Below, piece after piece: positions 50,815 to 60,952 of a DNA stretch of 64,000 nt; position 1 is the first letter of the stretch, and the number at the start of each line of letters is the position of its first letter. Below the pieces are notes generated by a model. The model worked only from the letters and a program-made list of their open reading frames with translations, had not been told where the DNA came from and ran no database searches. The stretch is from NCBI GenBank assembly GCA_040218735.1, contig JAVJQW010000019.1, positions 352,001 to 416,000 on the forward strand, read 5' to 3'. A program made the translations under genes and the position numbers. Origin of the DNA: Deltaproteobacteria bacterium (GTDB taxonomy: Bacteria; Myxococcota; Kuafuiibacteriia; Kuafuiibacteriales; Kuafuiibacteriaceae).

Positions 50815-52239
50815 ATGTCGGAAGGGCAGGACCAGTACGGGCAGCGGATCGCGGTCGTCGACGACGAGCGCAACATCCGCCGCACGCTCTCCATGGTGCT
50901 GGAGGGTGAGGGCTACACGGTCGAGACGTTCGAATCGGCCGAGGCGTTCGAGCCGCGCCTGTCGCAGGGTCGCATCGACTGCATCCTGCTCGACGTCCGC
51001 CTGCCGGGGATCGACGGGCTGACGATGCTCCAGAAGATCAAGGACGACTACGCGGCGATCCCCGTCGTGATGATCAGCGGGCACGCGTCCATCGAGGACG
51101 CGATGAGCGCGCGCGACATCGGCGCGGCGAACTTCCTCGAAAAACCCCTGTCGCGTGAGCGGGTCCTCGTGACCGTCGCGGACGCGATCGAAAAGCGCGC
51201 GCAGACCGCCACCATCCAGGCCTTCCAGGCGCTGGAGGGCGGCGACGAGGAGATGCTCGGTGAGTCCGGCGCGATAGACAAAGTACGGGAGCAGATCGCG
51301 AAGGTCGCCGGCACCGGCGTGCGCGTCTTGGTCACCGGCGAGTCGGGCACCGGCAAGGAGCTGATCGCGCGCGCGATCCACCGCGCGTCGAAGCGCGCGA
51401 AGGGGCCGTTCGTGAAGGTGAACTGCGCGGCGATTCCGTCGGAGCTGATCGAGTCGGAGCTGTTCGGTCACGAGCGCGGTGCGTTCTCGGGTGCGGTGCA
51501 GAAGAAGCGCGGCCGCTTCGAGCTCGCGGACGGCGGCACGCTGTTCCTGGACGAGATTGGCGACATGAGCATGGACGCGCAGGCGAAGGTGCTGCGCGCG
51601 CTGCAGACCGGCGAGGTGATTCGCGTCGGCGGCGAGAAGGCGTTCGTGGTCGACGTGCGGGTGGTCGCGGCGACGAACAAGGACCTCGAGGAGGAGGTGA
51701 AGGCGGGCAACTTCCGCGAGGACCTCTACTTCAGGTTGTCGGTGGTGCCGATCATCTCGCCGCCGCTCCGCGACCGCGGGGACGACGTCCTGATCATCAT
51801 GAAGTCGTACCTCGACCAGTTCTCCGGCGAGCACGCGGTGTCCCCGTCGGTGACGCTCACGCCAGAGGCGGAGAAGGCGATCCGCGGCTACGCGTTCCCG
51901 GGCAACGTGCGTGAGCTCCGGAACCTGGCCGAGCGTCTGGTGATCCTCGCCGACAACCCGGTGCGCCTCTCGGATCTCCCCCCGCAGATCGCGGGCCAGG
52001 ACGGCAGCGCCCGCCCCCCGACCCTCGGCGCCGACGGTGACAGCCCCGGCATCATCAACCTCGAAGCCTACGGCAACCCCACGCTCCGCGAGCTCCGCGA
52101 AGCGGTCGAGCGCGACTACATCCTCCGCAAGCTGGAGGAGACCGGCTGGAACGTCACGCGCACCGCCGAGGTGCTGGGGATCGAGCGCACGAACCTGCAC
52201 AAGAAGCTGAAGCAGCTGGGCCTGAAGAAGAAGAGCTGA
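50815..52239 (+). CDS. Sigma54-dependent response regulator (NtrC/NtrX family)
   Basis: Receiver domain (VVDDE, LLDVRLP, SGH, EKP); AAA+ domain (GESGTGKE, GAFSGA, FLDEIG, PGNVREL); Fis-type HTH. Confidence 0.95.
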   Translation: MSEGQDQYGQRIAVVDDERNIRRTLSMVLEGEGYTVETFESAEAFEPRLSQGRIDCILLDVRLPGIDGLTMLQKIKDDYAAIPVVMISGHASIEDAMSARDIGAANFLEKPLSRERVLVTVADAIEKRAQTATIQAFQALEGGDEEMLGESGAIDKVREQIAKVAGTGVRVLVTGESGTGKELIARAIHRASKRAKGPFVKVNCAAIPSELIESELFGHERGAFSGAVQKKRGRFELADGGTLFLDEIGDMSMDAQAKVLRALQTGEVIRVGGEKAFVVDVRVVAATNKDLEEEVKAGNFREDLYFRLSVVPIISPPLRDRGDDVLIIMKSYLDQFSGEHAVSPSVTLTPEAEKAIRGYAFPGNVRELRNLAERLVILADNPVRLSDLPPQIAGQDGSARPPTLGADGDSPGIINLEAYGNPTLRELREAVERDYILRKLEETGWNVTRTAEVLGIERTNLHKKLKQLGLKKKS

Positions 52240-52262
52240 CGTCAGGCGCGAGGAGTCTGAGG

Positions 52263-52724
52263 TCAGCTACGCTTCGCGACCGCCGCCAAAGGGTGCTCGA
52301 GAATGAAGCGGTACCGATCTTCCTCCGACATCGCGCGAATATCGATGCCGTGTCGTCGCTCGTAGAGGAACGCAATCTCACCGCTTATCGCGTGAGCTCG
52401 TCGAAGTGTCTCCAGATCGAGGGTGACACTCTCGGCGCGCTCGATACGACCGTTCATGAACACGATTTCGGCCCATTGAGGCAGTTCGTGTCTGTTCACG
52501 CAGCTGAAGTCCATGACGACCCGCAGCGACTCGCTATCCTTGGGCATGCGGAGCACGAAGTACACGCCGTCCAGGCAGTCGAGCTCGGGTTCGAGCGCGT
52601 CGCCCACCTGGAACGTGCTGCCGATCTCGACATCGCGCACGTCGAGAGGAACCAAGACAGGAACGCTTTCGCCGCACTCCCGACATTGAAGCGTTGCTTT
52701 TAGATAGTCACAGTCGTGAGACAT
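52263..52724 (-). CDS. Hypothetical Cys-containing protein, candidate immunity protein
   Basis: 153 aa with CRECG and SCVNRH, lower GC, 20 bp downstream of the putative toxin. Confidence 0.6.
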   Translation of the reverse strand: MSHDCDYLKATLQCRECGESVPVLVPLDVRDVEIGSTFQVGDALEPELDCLDGVYFVLRMPKDSESLRVVMDFSCVNRHELPQWAEIVFMNGRIERAESVTLDLETLRRAHAISGEIAFLYERRHGIDIRAMSEEDRYRFILEHPLAAVAKRS

Positions 52725-52744
52725 CGTCGTGGCTCCTCTTGATC

Positions 52745-55390
52745 CTATTCGACCGTGACCTTCGCGGCCACCGGCAGTACGCGGAGGCGTCGACGGCCAA
52801 CCTCGATGATGAATCCAGTAGGGTGGTTCGCAAGAAACTCACTTGCATCACGGAGCGTCGGATCGACACCGACACCGAAGTTCTGAGCGAGACGACGGAA
52901 CACGCGCGTGTCTTGCACCGCGAACGTAGCAGCGGCCCCATCTGCCGTCTCGGCAAAAAGAAGATCGGCCACGATGGATCGGTCAGCGCTGCCCTTCGGC
53001 GTCCCCACATCCTTGTCACACAGCGCCTTCATCACCGCCCCATACTCCTCGCTGCTTCTGGACACGGACATTGAGAAGCCAGGGAGATCCGAACCACGGC
53101 GTGCCTCGATCGTGGCAGCGTCGGTCACGCGCACGCGCTCCGGCTCAATCTGTCGCATGAAGGCAACAGCTGCCTTCTGTCCGTCCTGGAGCCCTTCGTA
53201 CCCGCTCTCATCCATGATCCGCCGCGAGATCAGCATCTGCGAGTCCACCACCACCGCGTCCGCGGGGAGGGGCTTCTTGTTCGCGTCGAACGCGCCCAGC
53301 CTCGCGCCGTCCACCAGCGCCTGACGCGCGATCGCGTCTCCCGCGGTGCCCTTGGCCCTGCTTGCGCGCTTCAGCTCCGCCGCGAGTTTCTCGCGCGCCA
53401 CCGGGGTCAGGCCCTCCGGGAGCTTCACGCCGGCGCAGCGGCACGCGTCGGCGAAGTCGAGCAGCTCGGGGATCGTCGCGGCGGCGAGGCCGCCGTTCGC
53501 TTGAATGGACTTCGAGACTTCGGCGAGCTGGGCCATCGCGCGCGGGTCTGCGGCGGCGCGGCGCGCGAAGTCGGTGACTTGCACGAGGCCCTCGATCTCG
53601 ACGCGGTCGCCGACGACCGCGAGCTGGATGTCCGCGAGCGCCGACCCCATCGCCTGGTGCACCCGAGCGACCGCTTCGCCTCCGAGCGGGGCGAGCGCCT
53701 GCACGTTCGTGATGCCCAAGTCCCGGACCGCGAGATCCAGCAGTCGCGGGTCCATCCCATCGAACGCGCGCAGCGCGTCGGGGCCGAGCTGCTCCAGGAG
53801 CGACGCCGCGCGCCGGGGCGACAACAGACGCGCGAACGCGCCGAGCCGATCGGCGTGCGCCTCCACCAACGCCGCGATGCGTCGCCCCGACAGCTCGAGG
53901 CCCCACGACTCCAACGCCTCCGCGCCGAGCGCCGCGTACATCGCTTCGACCTCGCGCGCCGACGTCTCGCGGATCAGCTTCTTCGCCACGAATCCGAGCG
54001 CGCGGTTCGAGCGCATCGCCCTCGCCAGCGCCGACAAACCCAGCGCCACACCCGCCGCCGACCCGGCGGCGCCCAACACCGCCATCGACGCGCCGAACGC
54101 CGAGGGCGCCTCCGCGAACGCCTGTCGCTCATCGAAGTCCGTGCCGGCGAACGCCGCCTGCGTCGCGTACAGATCGAGCTCGCGGACGACGTCCACGACA
54201 TCGACGACCGCCGCCGCGCCCGCGGCCAACACGAAGCCCGCCCCGCCCGTGGGGATCGCCGCCGCGATCCCCAGCGCGACGCTGATCGCCGCCATCGCGA
54301 CGTCCGTCAGCACCTTGTCGCGCGCCACACCCGCCGTCGCGTCCTCCACCATCCGCGCGAGGAGCGGGTCCGACGGCACCCCCGCCGCCTCCACGATCCG
54401 CGGCATCGACAACACGACCGCCGGATCCGCGGCGAGCTCCCGCTCCACCGTCGCGAGGTTCTTCTCGATTCGCGCGATCTCGCTCCCCAACACCCGCGCC
54501 GCCTCCGCCGAGGGACCGGCGGCCAGCGCGTCGAGCGCATCGGCGTCGTCGACCGCCTGGAACATCGCCAGCACCGGGTGCGCCTTCATCGCCTTCGCGA
54601 GCGCCGAAGCGTACGCAGCCTCCGCCGCGATCTGCTTCGACTCTGCCTGCGCGACGGTGACGCCTACGTCGTCGTACCGCTCGAACCGATCCCCCGAGTA
54701 CGCGGCGCTGGCCTTCGCCCGCCCTGCGAGCCGACGCGCCGCGAGCACTTCGTCGCGCAGCGCAGCCAAACGCCCGGACGTCTTCGCGAGGTCGCGCGCG
54801 TCGGGGCTGTCCGCCATCGCGTACGTGGTGACGACGACGTCACTCTTCGGCGGACGCGAACGCGTCGCGGTCAGTCCGTAGCGCTGCTTCGCGTCGTCCA
54901 GCTTCGACCGGCTTCGCGCGACCGCGGCGCGCACCACCGCCGACCCACGCGACACGACCGCCGAGACCGCCTTCGTCTCGACACGCTCCAGCGCCGCGGC
55001 CGTGGTCGCGAGCTTGGCGATCAGATCGCGCCCGGCCTCCGCGCGCCGGTCGTGCGCGGCGTTCCCGCGCCCTTCGTACGTGTCCGCGAACGCCTCCACC
55101 GATTCACGCACCCGCCGCAGCTGGGCGCGCACCGCGTCGAGCCCGCCGTCCTGCGCGACCTCCACGAGCGCCGCCATCACCGAGGCGTCGGTGTTGGCGA
55201 CGACGAAGCCGTTGAAGTCGAACCGCTCGACCGGCGGTGGCGCCGGGAGCACGAAGCGGTCGGGCGTCGCGACGACCGATCGATCCAACGGATCCAAGGG
55301 ATCGACGTCGACCTGGGCCTTGGCCACCGCGACGGACTGCGTCCGCACGAAGAGCGTTGGATCGCTACGAACCCCGCCGACACCGCTCAT
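52745..55390 (-). CDS. Putative polymorphic toxin with Ala-rich helical carrier and C-terminal PIN-like nuclease domain
   Basis: Hydrophobic segment VALGIAAAIPTGGAGFVLAAGAAAVV. The C-terminal VVVDSQML...IEARRG...GSADRSIVADLL...FAVQD follows the acidic pattern of PIN domains. Confidence 0.6.
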   Translation of the reverse strand: MSGVGGVRSDPTLFVRTQSVAVAKAQVDVDPLDPLDRSVVATPDRFVLPAPPPVERFDFNGFVVANTDASVMAALVEVAQDGGLDAVRAQLRRVRESVEAFADTYEGRGNAAHDRRAEAGRDLIAKLATTAAALERVETKAVSAVVSRGSAVVRAAVARSRSKLDDAKQRYGLTATRSRPPKSDVVVTTYAMADSPDARDLAKTSGRLAALRDEVLAARRLAGRAKASAAYSGDRFERYDDVGVTVAQAESKQIAAEAAYASALAKAMKAHPVLAMFQAVDDADALDALAAGPSAEAARVLGSEIARIEKNLATVERELAADPAVVLSMPRIVEAAGVPSDPLLARMVEDATAGVARDKVLTDVAMAAISVALGIAAAIPTGGAGFVLAAGAAAVVDVVDVVRELDLYATQAAFAGTDFDERQAFAEAPSAFGASMAVLGAAGSAAGVALGLSALARAMRSNRALGFVAKKLIRETSAREVEAMYAALGAEALESWGLELSGRRIAALVEAHADRLGAFARLLSPRRAASLLEQLGPDALRAFDGMDPRLLDLAVRDLGITNVQALAPLGGEAVARVHQAMGSALADIQLAVVGDRVEIEGLVQVTDFARRAAADPRAMAQLAEVSKSIQANGGLAAATIPELLDFADACRCAGVKLPEGLTPVAREKLAAELKRASRAKGTAGDAIARQALVDGARLGAFDANKKPLPADAVVVDSQMLISRRIMDESGYEGLQDGQKAAVAFMRQIEPERVRVTDAATIEARRGSDLPGFSMSVSRSSEEYGAVMKALCDKDVGTPKGSADRSIVADLLFAETADGAAATFAVQDTRVFRRLAQNFGVGVDPTLRDASEFLANHPTGFIIEVGRRRLRVLPVAAKVTVE

Positions 55391-55404
55391 CGCGACGAGG
55401 CGAG

Positions 55405-55420
55405 TTCAAGCCGCGTACCA
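55405..55420 (-). promoter_or_regulatory. Possible sigma54 -24/-12 promoter of the toxin gene
   Basis: Minus strand TGGTACG-CGGC-TTGAA compared with consensus TGGCACG-N4-TTGC; 14 bp before the ATG. Confidence 0.4.
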
Positions 55421-55501
55421 CGCGTCGCCGACGCGAGAACCGAGGATTCGTCCGACCGCGCGCCGGACGAATCCGGACGAAGTGAACCGTGTCCGTAAGA
55501 G

Positions 55502-56188
55502 TCAGTCGTTGAACACGAAGAACCCGGTGCCGCCCGGGTCCTGCACGATCGCGTTGTCGGCCACGCCCTCCTCGTTGAAACACGTGATCTCTTCGAGGAG
55601 CGGGACGCCGGCTTCGCGGATCTTCGCGAGGTTGTCGAGGTTCTTGCCGCTGTTGAAGTAGGTGAGGCCGGGGCTGAAGAACAGGTGCGGGCACGTGAAC
55701 ATCGGCATGATGCTCAGCCCGAGGCCGCGGCCGTCGTCCATCGTGAGCCACGACTCGCCGCTCTTCTCGGGCACGACCGCGTAGCCGAGCTGCTCCCAGA
55801 ACAAACGCTCGCGCGACAGGTCTGCGGTCTCGACGCTCAGCCCCGCGAACTTGCCGAGCCGCGTGAAAGAGTCACGCGGTTTGCGTTCGGACAACGCCGC
55901 GGGCCGCGCCTTGTCGAGGTAGACGCGCACGCCGCTCGGCGCCGTAGCGACGAACACCCCGTCGCGTTCGACGACGCCGTCGAGCGACTCCGCCTGCTTC
56001 GTCCAGTCGTCCGCAAAGAGCCGAAGGCCGGTCCGTGCGTAGCGGTCGGGATCGATCTCCACCACGACGCCACCGTCGTCGAAGTACGCGCGCGGCTCAC
56101 CGGGGAGGCGCTCGAAGCCGAGGCGTGTGTAGAAGTCGACGCTCGCTTCGAGCTTCGGCGTGGGCGTCGTGACGATCGCGGAGACCAT
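55502..56188 (-). CDS. VOC/glyoxalase-fold protein
   Basis: LEASVDFYTRLGF, FWEQLGY and VQDPGGTGF (duplicated VOC motifs). Confidence 0.7.
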   Translation of the reverse strand: MVSAIVTTPTPKLEASVDFYTRLGFERLPGEPRAYFDDGGVVVEIDPDRYARTGLRLFADDWTKQAESLDGVVERDGVFVATAPSGVRVYLDKARPAALSERKPRDSFTRLGKFAGLSVETADLSRERLFWEQLGYAVVPEKSGESWLTMDDGRGLGLSIMPMFTCPHLFFSPGLTYFNSGKNLDNLAKIREAGVPLLEEITCFNEEGVADNAIVQDPGGTGFFVFND

Positions 56189-56249
56189 CCATCGCGCGTA
56201 GCGCGAAGCGACCTTCGCGGCAATCCGCGGCGCCGGAGCGTCGTTCAGG

Positions 56250-56957
56250 TCAGAGCTGCAGGAAGAGGTTCAGCGCGAGCACGTGATTGATCGCGTCGGT
56301 GGCGCGGTTCAGCACCACGTTGAGGTAACCGACCTCCACGCGCATCCCGGGGTAGCCGACGATCCCGGGTCCCACGAAGATGCGGTTCTGGTCGAACCCG
56401 GCGGCCTGGCCCCAGGCCGCGTCGTTGACCGGAAGGAACACCTCGTCCCAAACGGCGATGAGAAAGGGCGAGTCGCCGAAGCGGTAGTTCGCTCTCAAGA
56501 AGAGTCGCGCGCGGAGCCCGAGCCCGCTTTCGCCCTGAACGAGGCGCTGCTCGAAGCGCGGTCGGACGTTGAGCACCAGGCCTTCGACGGGCTTGGGGAC
56601 CCAGAGGAGCTGCTGCCATACACGATGTTCGTGCCGATTCGGCGCACCGTCGTTGAACGTCGGCACCCACGCGTAGCCGAGGTGCACCGTGAGATCGGAG
56701 GTCAGTCGATAACCGAGCGCCGGACGAATGATCGCGACCGTGTTGTCACCGCCGCGTCGTGCGTGCCCGTCGAACCACAGCGTGAAGTCGCTGTCGCCGA
56801 CGTTCTTGCCGAGGAAGGTCGCCGCCCAGCTCTGGAACTCGGAGGTCGTGCCCTGTGCGGCGGCGTTCGAGGGCGCGACGAGCAAGCCGAGCACCACCAC
56901 TGCGCAAGCGGAGGCCCGACGAAGGGCGGGTGGACCAAGAGGGGATCGCGAGGACAT
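56250..56957 (-). CDS. DUF2490 outer-membrane beta-barrel protein
   Basis: IIRPALGY, EHRVWQQ, RFEQR, DEVF and GFDQNRIFVG motifs. Confidence 0.85.
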   Translation of the reverse strand: MSSRSPLGPPALRRASACAVVVLGLLVAPSNAAAQGTTSEFQSWAATFLGKNVGDSDFTLWFDGHARRGGDNTVAIIRPALGYRLTSDLTVHLGYAWVPTFNDGAPNRHEHRVWQQLLWVPKPVEGLVLNVRPRFEQRLVQGESGLGLRARLFLRANYRFGDSPFLIAVWDEVFLPVNDAAWGQAAGFDQNRIFVGPGIVGYPGMRVEVGYLNVVLNRATDAINHVLALNLFLQL

Positions 56958-57002
56958 CGAAGCGCGGTAGCGCGGACCCGACGGCCTGTCGAGCCGTGAA
57001 AC

Positions 57003-58337
57003 TCACATCGACGCGGTGCTGGTCTTCGTCACCAGGCCCTCGTCCGCGAGCCAACCGTAGATCTGCTTCGCCACGAGCGCGTTGCCCTTCGCGGTGAAGT
57101 GGTCTTGGTCGAAGAAGTACTCGCGGATCTTCCACGCGTAGAACTTGCGGATCGCTTCGTCGTCGTACTTCGTTCGCATCGCGGCGAGCAGCTCCGGGTC
57201 GTCGAAGAGCGCGGACTCGAATTCGGGGAGGACGTCGATCGCGTCCACCCCGTGGCGCTTCGCGTGGTCGAGCACGATGCGCTGCGGCGTCTTCAGCGCG
57301 TCTTCCGCGAGGAGCTGGAAGGTGAACGGGAACACGAGCACGAGCAGCGGTTTCTCTTCTTTCTCGGCGATTGCGTAGATCCGCTCGAGGTCCTGCTCGA
57401 TGAACTTCCACGCCTCCACGAACCGCGGCTCGGTCTCGGAGCCGAGCGCCATCGCGCGCACGTCGTAGCGCTCGTGGCGCTTCTCGGCTTCGAGGGTCTT
57501 GCCGCGCGTCTGCAGCGTCTGGATCACGCGCCCCACGCCGGTCTCGTTGAGGAGCCAACCGAGCGCCGCGCTCGGGGTCTGCTGGACCGCGTGGTAGTCG
57601 ACGCCGGTGCCGCCGAGCTCCGCGTCGACGATGAACGGCTCGGTGACGTCGTTGAGGCAGAAGCCGACCACGATGAAGTCCGGCTGAAACCGCAGCGCGT
57701 CCTCGAGGACCACGCGCTCCTGGAACGTCGAGTACCCGTGGACGCCGGTGTTGATCGCCTGGTGCTGCGCGTGGGTCTTGTCGTGCGCCGCGAGGAGCTT
57801 CTCGAGCTGCGTCGCGTAGGTGGCTTCGTGCGGGACGCCGTACCCCATCGTCACGGAGTCGCCGATCATCAGCCCGCGTAGCTCACCCTCCGGCTTGGCG
57901 ACCGGGAACGCCACGTCGTGCTGCCCGTAGTCGTTGATGTGGTACTGCCCGAGCGACGGGTCTCCCGGGTGGATCCAGCGCGTGACGCCGGGGCGGTGTC
58001 GGTAGCGCAGCACCGGATCGTGCTCCCACAGCGGCAGCCCGAACGACGCGAGCACGTAGCGGTCCGCGAGGATCACGCCCGCGAGCATCAACGTCAGCAT
58101 GACGAGGCCGTCGTGTTTAGGTGATCTCGAGAACAGGCTCCCGAGCACGAAGACCAACACGCCGATCCCGAACGCCCACAGCGAGTAACCGAGGAGGACG
58201 TCCATCCGGTCGAGCGCGCCGGGTCCGCCGAAGCGGCCAGCCACCCACGGGCTGCGGACGACGCCGGAGGCGAGGATGCCGAGACCCATCAACGACAACA
58301 AGCCGCCGCCGATCTCCCGACCCGTGAACGTCCGCAT
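57003..58337 (-). CDS. Membrane-anchored SGNH/GDSL hydrolase
   Basis: N-terminal TM helices; IGDSVTMG, NTGVHGY, FCLND and DQDHF motifs. Confidence 0.85.
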   Translation of the reverse strand: MRTFTGREIGGGLLSLMGLGILASGVVRSPWVAGRFGGPGALDRMDVLLGYSLWAFGIGVLVFVLGSLFSRSPKHDGLVMLTLMLAGVILADRYVLASFGLPLWEHDPVLRYRHRPGVTRWIHPGDPSLGQYHINDYGQHDVAFPVAKPEGELRGLMIGDSVTMGYGVPHEATYATQLEKLLAAHDKTHAQHQAINTGVHGYSTFQERVVLEDALRFQPDFIVVGFCLNDVTEPFIVDAELGGTGVDYHAVQQTPSAALGWLLNETGVGRVIQTLQTRGKTLEAEKRHERYDVRAMALGSETEPRFVEAWKFIEQDLERIYAIAEKEEKPLLVLVFPFTFQLLAEDALKTPQRIVLDHAKRHGVDAIDVLPEFESALFDDPELLAAMRTKYDDEAIRKFYAWKIREYFFDQDHFTAKGNALVAKQIYGWLADEGLVTKTSTASM

Positions 58338-58393
58338 GGCGGCGGGATGGTCGGTGTGATCCAACCGCGGCGCAAGCGCCCGGGCGCCCGTGT

Positions 58394-60850
58394 TCAGTCG
58401 GTGCGCACGGTATAGGCGAAGTCCTGCGCGTCGGGTTCGTCGAGCAGCGGTTGCAGCCGCCCGTCACGGAGGAGCGCGAAGACCCCGTAGTCCCCGTTCA
58501 CCACCGCGCGGACGATCGGATACGGCGCGTCGACCGGATACATCCCGACGACCGACGTCGTCCGGTCCGTCAGCACCTGCGACCAACCGAGGTCGAACGC
58601 GTACCGATACAGCCGCCCGTCCGTGTTCTCGAGGTGGAACAGAGCTTCGTCGCCGTCGCTGAACGCCATGGGCGTCGCGTCGAACCCGATCGCGATCGGC
58701 TCGAACGGGTCCAGCGATCGGACCACGTTCAGCCACCCCGCCACGCGATACGCGAAGCCAGCGCCGCTGCGCGTCGGGAGCTGGTAGACGAAGCCGTCCC
58801 GGGTGATCGGCGTGACCTCGCCCGTGTCGAGGTGCACGAGGTCGGCGGCGCTCCCGTACGTGACGAGCACCCGACGCTGTTCGAGGAAGATGGCTTCGAC
58901 GCGCCCGTCGGCTTCGAGGCGCCGCGGCTCGGTGACCTCGTCCAGCGCGACGAGGTACGGCCCGTTGACGCCGCCGAAGGTCAAGAAGGCGACGTCGTCT
59001 TCCACGCGAAGGTTCAGTGAGAGGCCATCGCGTGGGTTGCGCGGGAACGACGCGTACGTCGTGACCACGCCGGCGGGCGTGACACCGATGATCTCGATCT
59101 GCGCGTCCGAGTACGCGAACACGACGAGCTGGTTCGTCGACGCCGACCACTGGGCGTCGCCGACGAAGAGGCCTTCGAGCACGAGGATCTCCCGCGGTGC
59201 GTCGTAGGTGCCGTCCACGTCGACCACGACGACCCGCGCGGAATCGAGCCCGAACACGTGGGGCGCGGCGATGCGGATGTCGAACGGGAACCCCGGCCAG
59301 ACCTCTTCGGTACCTTCCGCGTGGCGGCCGTCGAGCGCGAAGGCCTCGAGCCCGTAGGCCTCCGTCCCCTGGAGCCCCGCGAGGACGTAGTCGCCAACGG
59401 GGTCGAGTCGCACGGAGAAGCCGCGGTCCGCGATCCTTCGCGACTCTCCCGCGGCGCGCGGCGTCCACCACAAACCTCCCGCGCCGCGGTCGGTCACGAC
59501 GCCGTCCCCGGCCGCGATCCCGAGTGTGTTGTTGGGTTGGAACCAGTCGGAGACGACCTCGGCGCGCCCCGGTCCGTCGACGCGATACATGCGCATCCCG
59601 GTGCCGCGGAGGAGCGCGAAGCCGCCGGTCGACGTGAAGAACGCGCCGTTCACGAACGTGTCGAGCTCGCCGGTCTCGAGGTCCAAGAGCTGCCCGCCGG
59701 AGAGCCGAAGGAACTGTCCGGTGGGGTCGAACTCGAAGCCGTTGCCGTCGGATTCAGCGATGAGCGACCCGTCGGCGCCGTAGACGTGCGTGCGTCCCTC
59801 GACGCGGACGGCGGCGTGCTGCCCGTCTTCGGAGACGGCGCGGATCGACGGGACGACCTCGAAGCCGACCGTCGCCGTCGTGGTCCCGTTCGCGGTCGGT
59901 GCGACGAACAGCCCGGTGTCGAGGACCCACCAGATCCACTCGCCGTCCTTGGAGATCCAGGAGTTCCGGCTGTCCTCGATGACGACGCGCGGGGCGTCGT
60001 AGGTCGAACCGTCCGTGCGGTACGCGGTGACCGCGTCGTCGTCGTCGCAGAAGATCTCGCTGGCGTCCGCCGTGAAGCCGAGCACCTGTCGGCACCGCAG
60101 GGTCGGCGCGACGGCGGTGGTCGCCAGGTTGGTCGGGACGATCCGGACCCAGTCGCTCCCCGAGGTCGCGAGGATCGCGTCGCCGATGACCCGCGCCAGT
60201 CGTACGCCCTGGTTGTCCTGCGGATCGAAGAGGGTGAACGTCAGCCCCCGATCGATGTCGTAAGCGGTGAGCCGCTCCTCCGGGAAACGATCCTCGCGCA
60301 CGATGAACCGCCCGGCGATCGCGATCTGAAAGCCCGAATCTCCGGAGAACGCGACGACCGGCGCGGACGCGCCGTCGATCGGCGCGACCATCGTATCGAG
60401 CCCGAGCTCGAACACGACGTGGGTGTCGGAGACCACCGCGAGCCGGGTGAGGCCTTCGCCCTCGAAGAGGATCGTCGGCGCGGCCTGCGGGCGCGTGGTG
60501 TCGATGACGACGACGCGGTCGAGGCCGTTGCGGTCGTCGTGCCGGTAGACGATGTGCGTGCGATCCGGCGTGAGCTGCGGGAGCGTGAAGCTCCCGCTCG
60601 GGATGCCGTACTCGATCGACCGCAGCGGCAGGAGCGGCGTGCGTTCCAGCGGGGTCTTCAGATCGAACGCGACGAACTCGTCGACGTCGCTCGTCGCCCC
60701 GCAGAGGATCGGATCGAACGCGGGGGGCACCTGCACACCGCCGTCGCGCGGGACGACCTCTGGTCCCCCGTCGCGCGGGAGGGGGAGCGGCGTCTCGGCG
60801 GCGCACCCGACGGCGAGGAAGAGGACGGCCCACCGGCGCACGACCCTCAC
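58394..60850 (-). CDS. Large beta-propeller-like lipoprotein
   Basis: Lipobox LAVGC; repeated propeller-type turns (LTPDRTHIVY, FTADASEIF, ISKDGEWIW, VSEDGQHA, FDPTGQFL). Confidence 0.65.
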   Translation of the reverse strand: MRVVRRWAVLFLAVGCAAETPLPLPRDGGPEVVPRDGGVQVPPAFDPILCGATSDVDEFVAFDLKTPLERTPLLPLRSIEYGIPSGSFTLPQLTPDRTHIVYRHDDRNGLDRVVVIDTTRPQAAPTILFEGEGLTRLAVVSDTHVVFELGLDTMVAPIDGASAPVVAFSGDSGFQIAIAGRFIVREDRFPEERLTAYDIDRGLTFTLFDPQDNQGVRLARVIGDAILATSGSDWVRIVPTNLATTAVAPTLRCRQVLGFTADASEIFCDDDDAVTAYRTDGSTYDAPRVVIEDSRNSWISKDGEWIWWVLDTGLFVAPTANGTTTATVGFEVVPSIRAVSEDGQHAAVRVEGRTHVYGADGSLIAESDGNGFEFDPTGQFLRLSGGQLLDLETGELDTFVNGAFFTSTGGFALLRGTGMRMYRVDGPGRAEVVSDWFQPNNTLGIAAGDGVVTDRGAGGLWWTPRAAGESRRIADRGFSVRLDPVGDYVLAGLQGTEAYGLEAFALDGRHAEGTEEVWPGFPFDIRIAAPHVFGLDSARVVVVDVDGTYDAPREILVLEGLFVGDAQWSASTNQLVVFAYSDAQIEIIGVTPAGVVTTYASFPRNPRDGLSLNLRVEDDVAFLTFGGVNGPYLVALDEVTEPRRLEADGRVEAIFLEQRRVLVTYGSAADLVHLDTGEVTPITRDGFVYQLPTRSGAGFAYRVAGWLNVVRSLDPFEPIAIGFDATPMAFSDGDEALFHLENTDGRLYRYAFDLGWSQVLTDRTTSVVGMYPVDAPYPIVRAVVNGDYGVFALLRDGRLQPLLDEPDAQDFAYTVRTD

Positions 60851-60952
60851 TGTACCAAACGTGATCTACGTCTCGGCGCGAAATTACTTGGCGCGTGTAA
60901 CCAACATCGGGCGGCGGGCTCCGTAGGTCACGGCAAGGAGTCATCCCACGAC

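Noticed and set aside
51475-51497. GAFSGA instead of GAFTGA in the sigma54 activator as a sign of inactivity
   Set aside because: A conservative Thr-to-Ser variant occurs in many enhancer-binding proteins, and the other motifs are intact.
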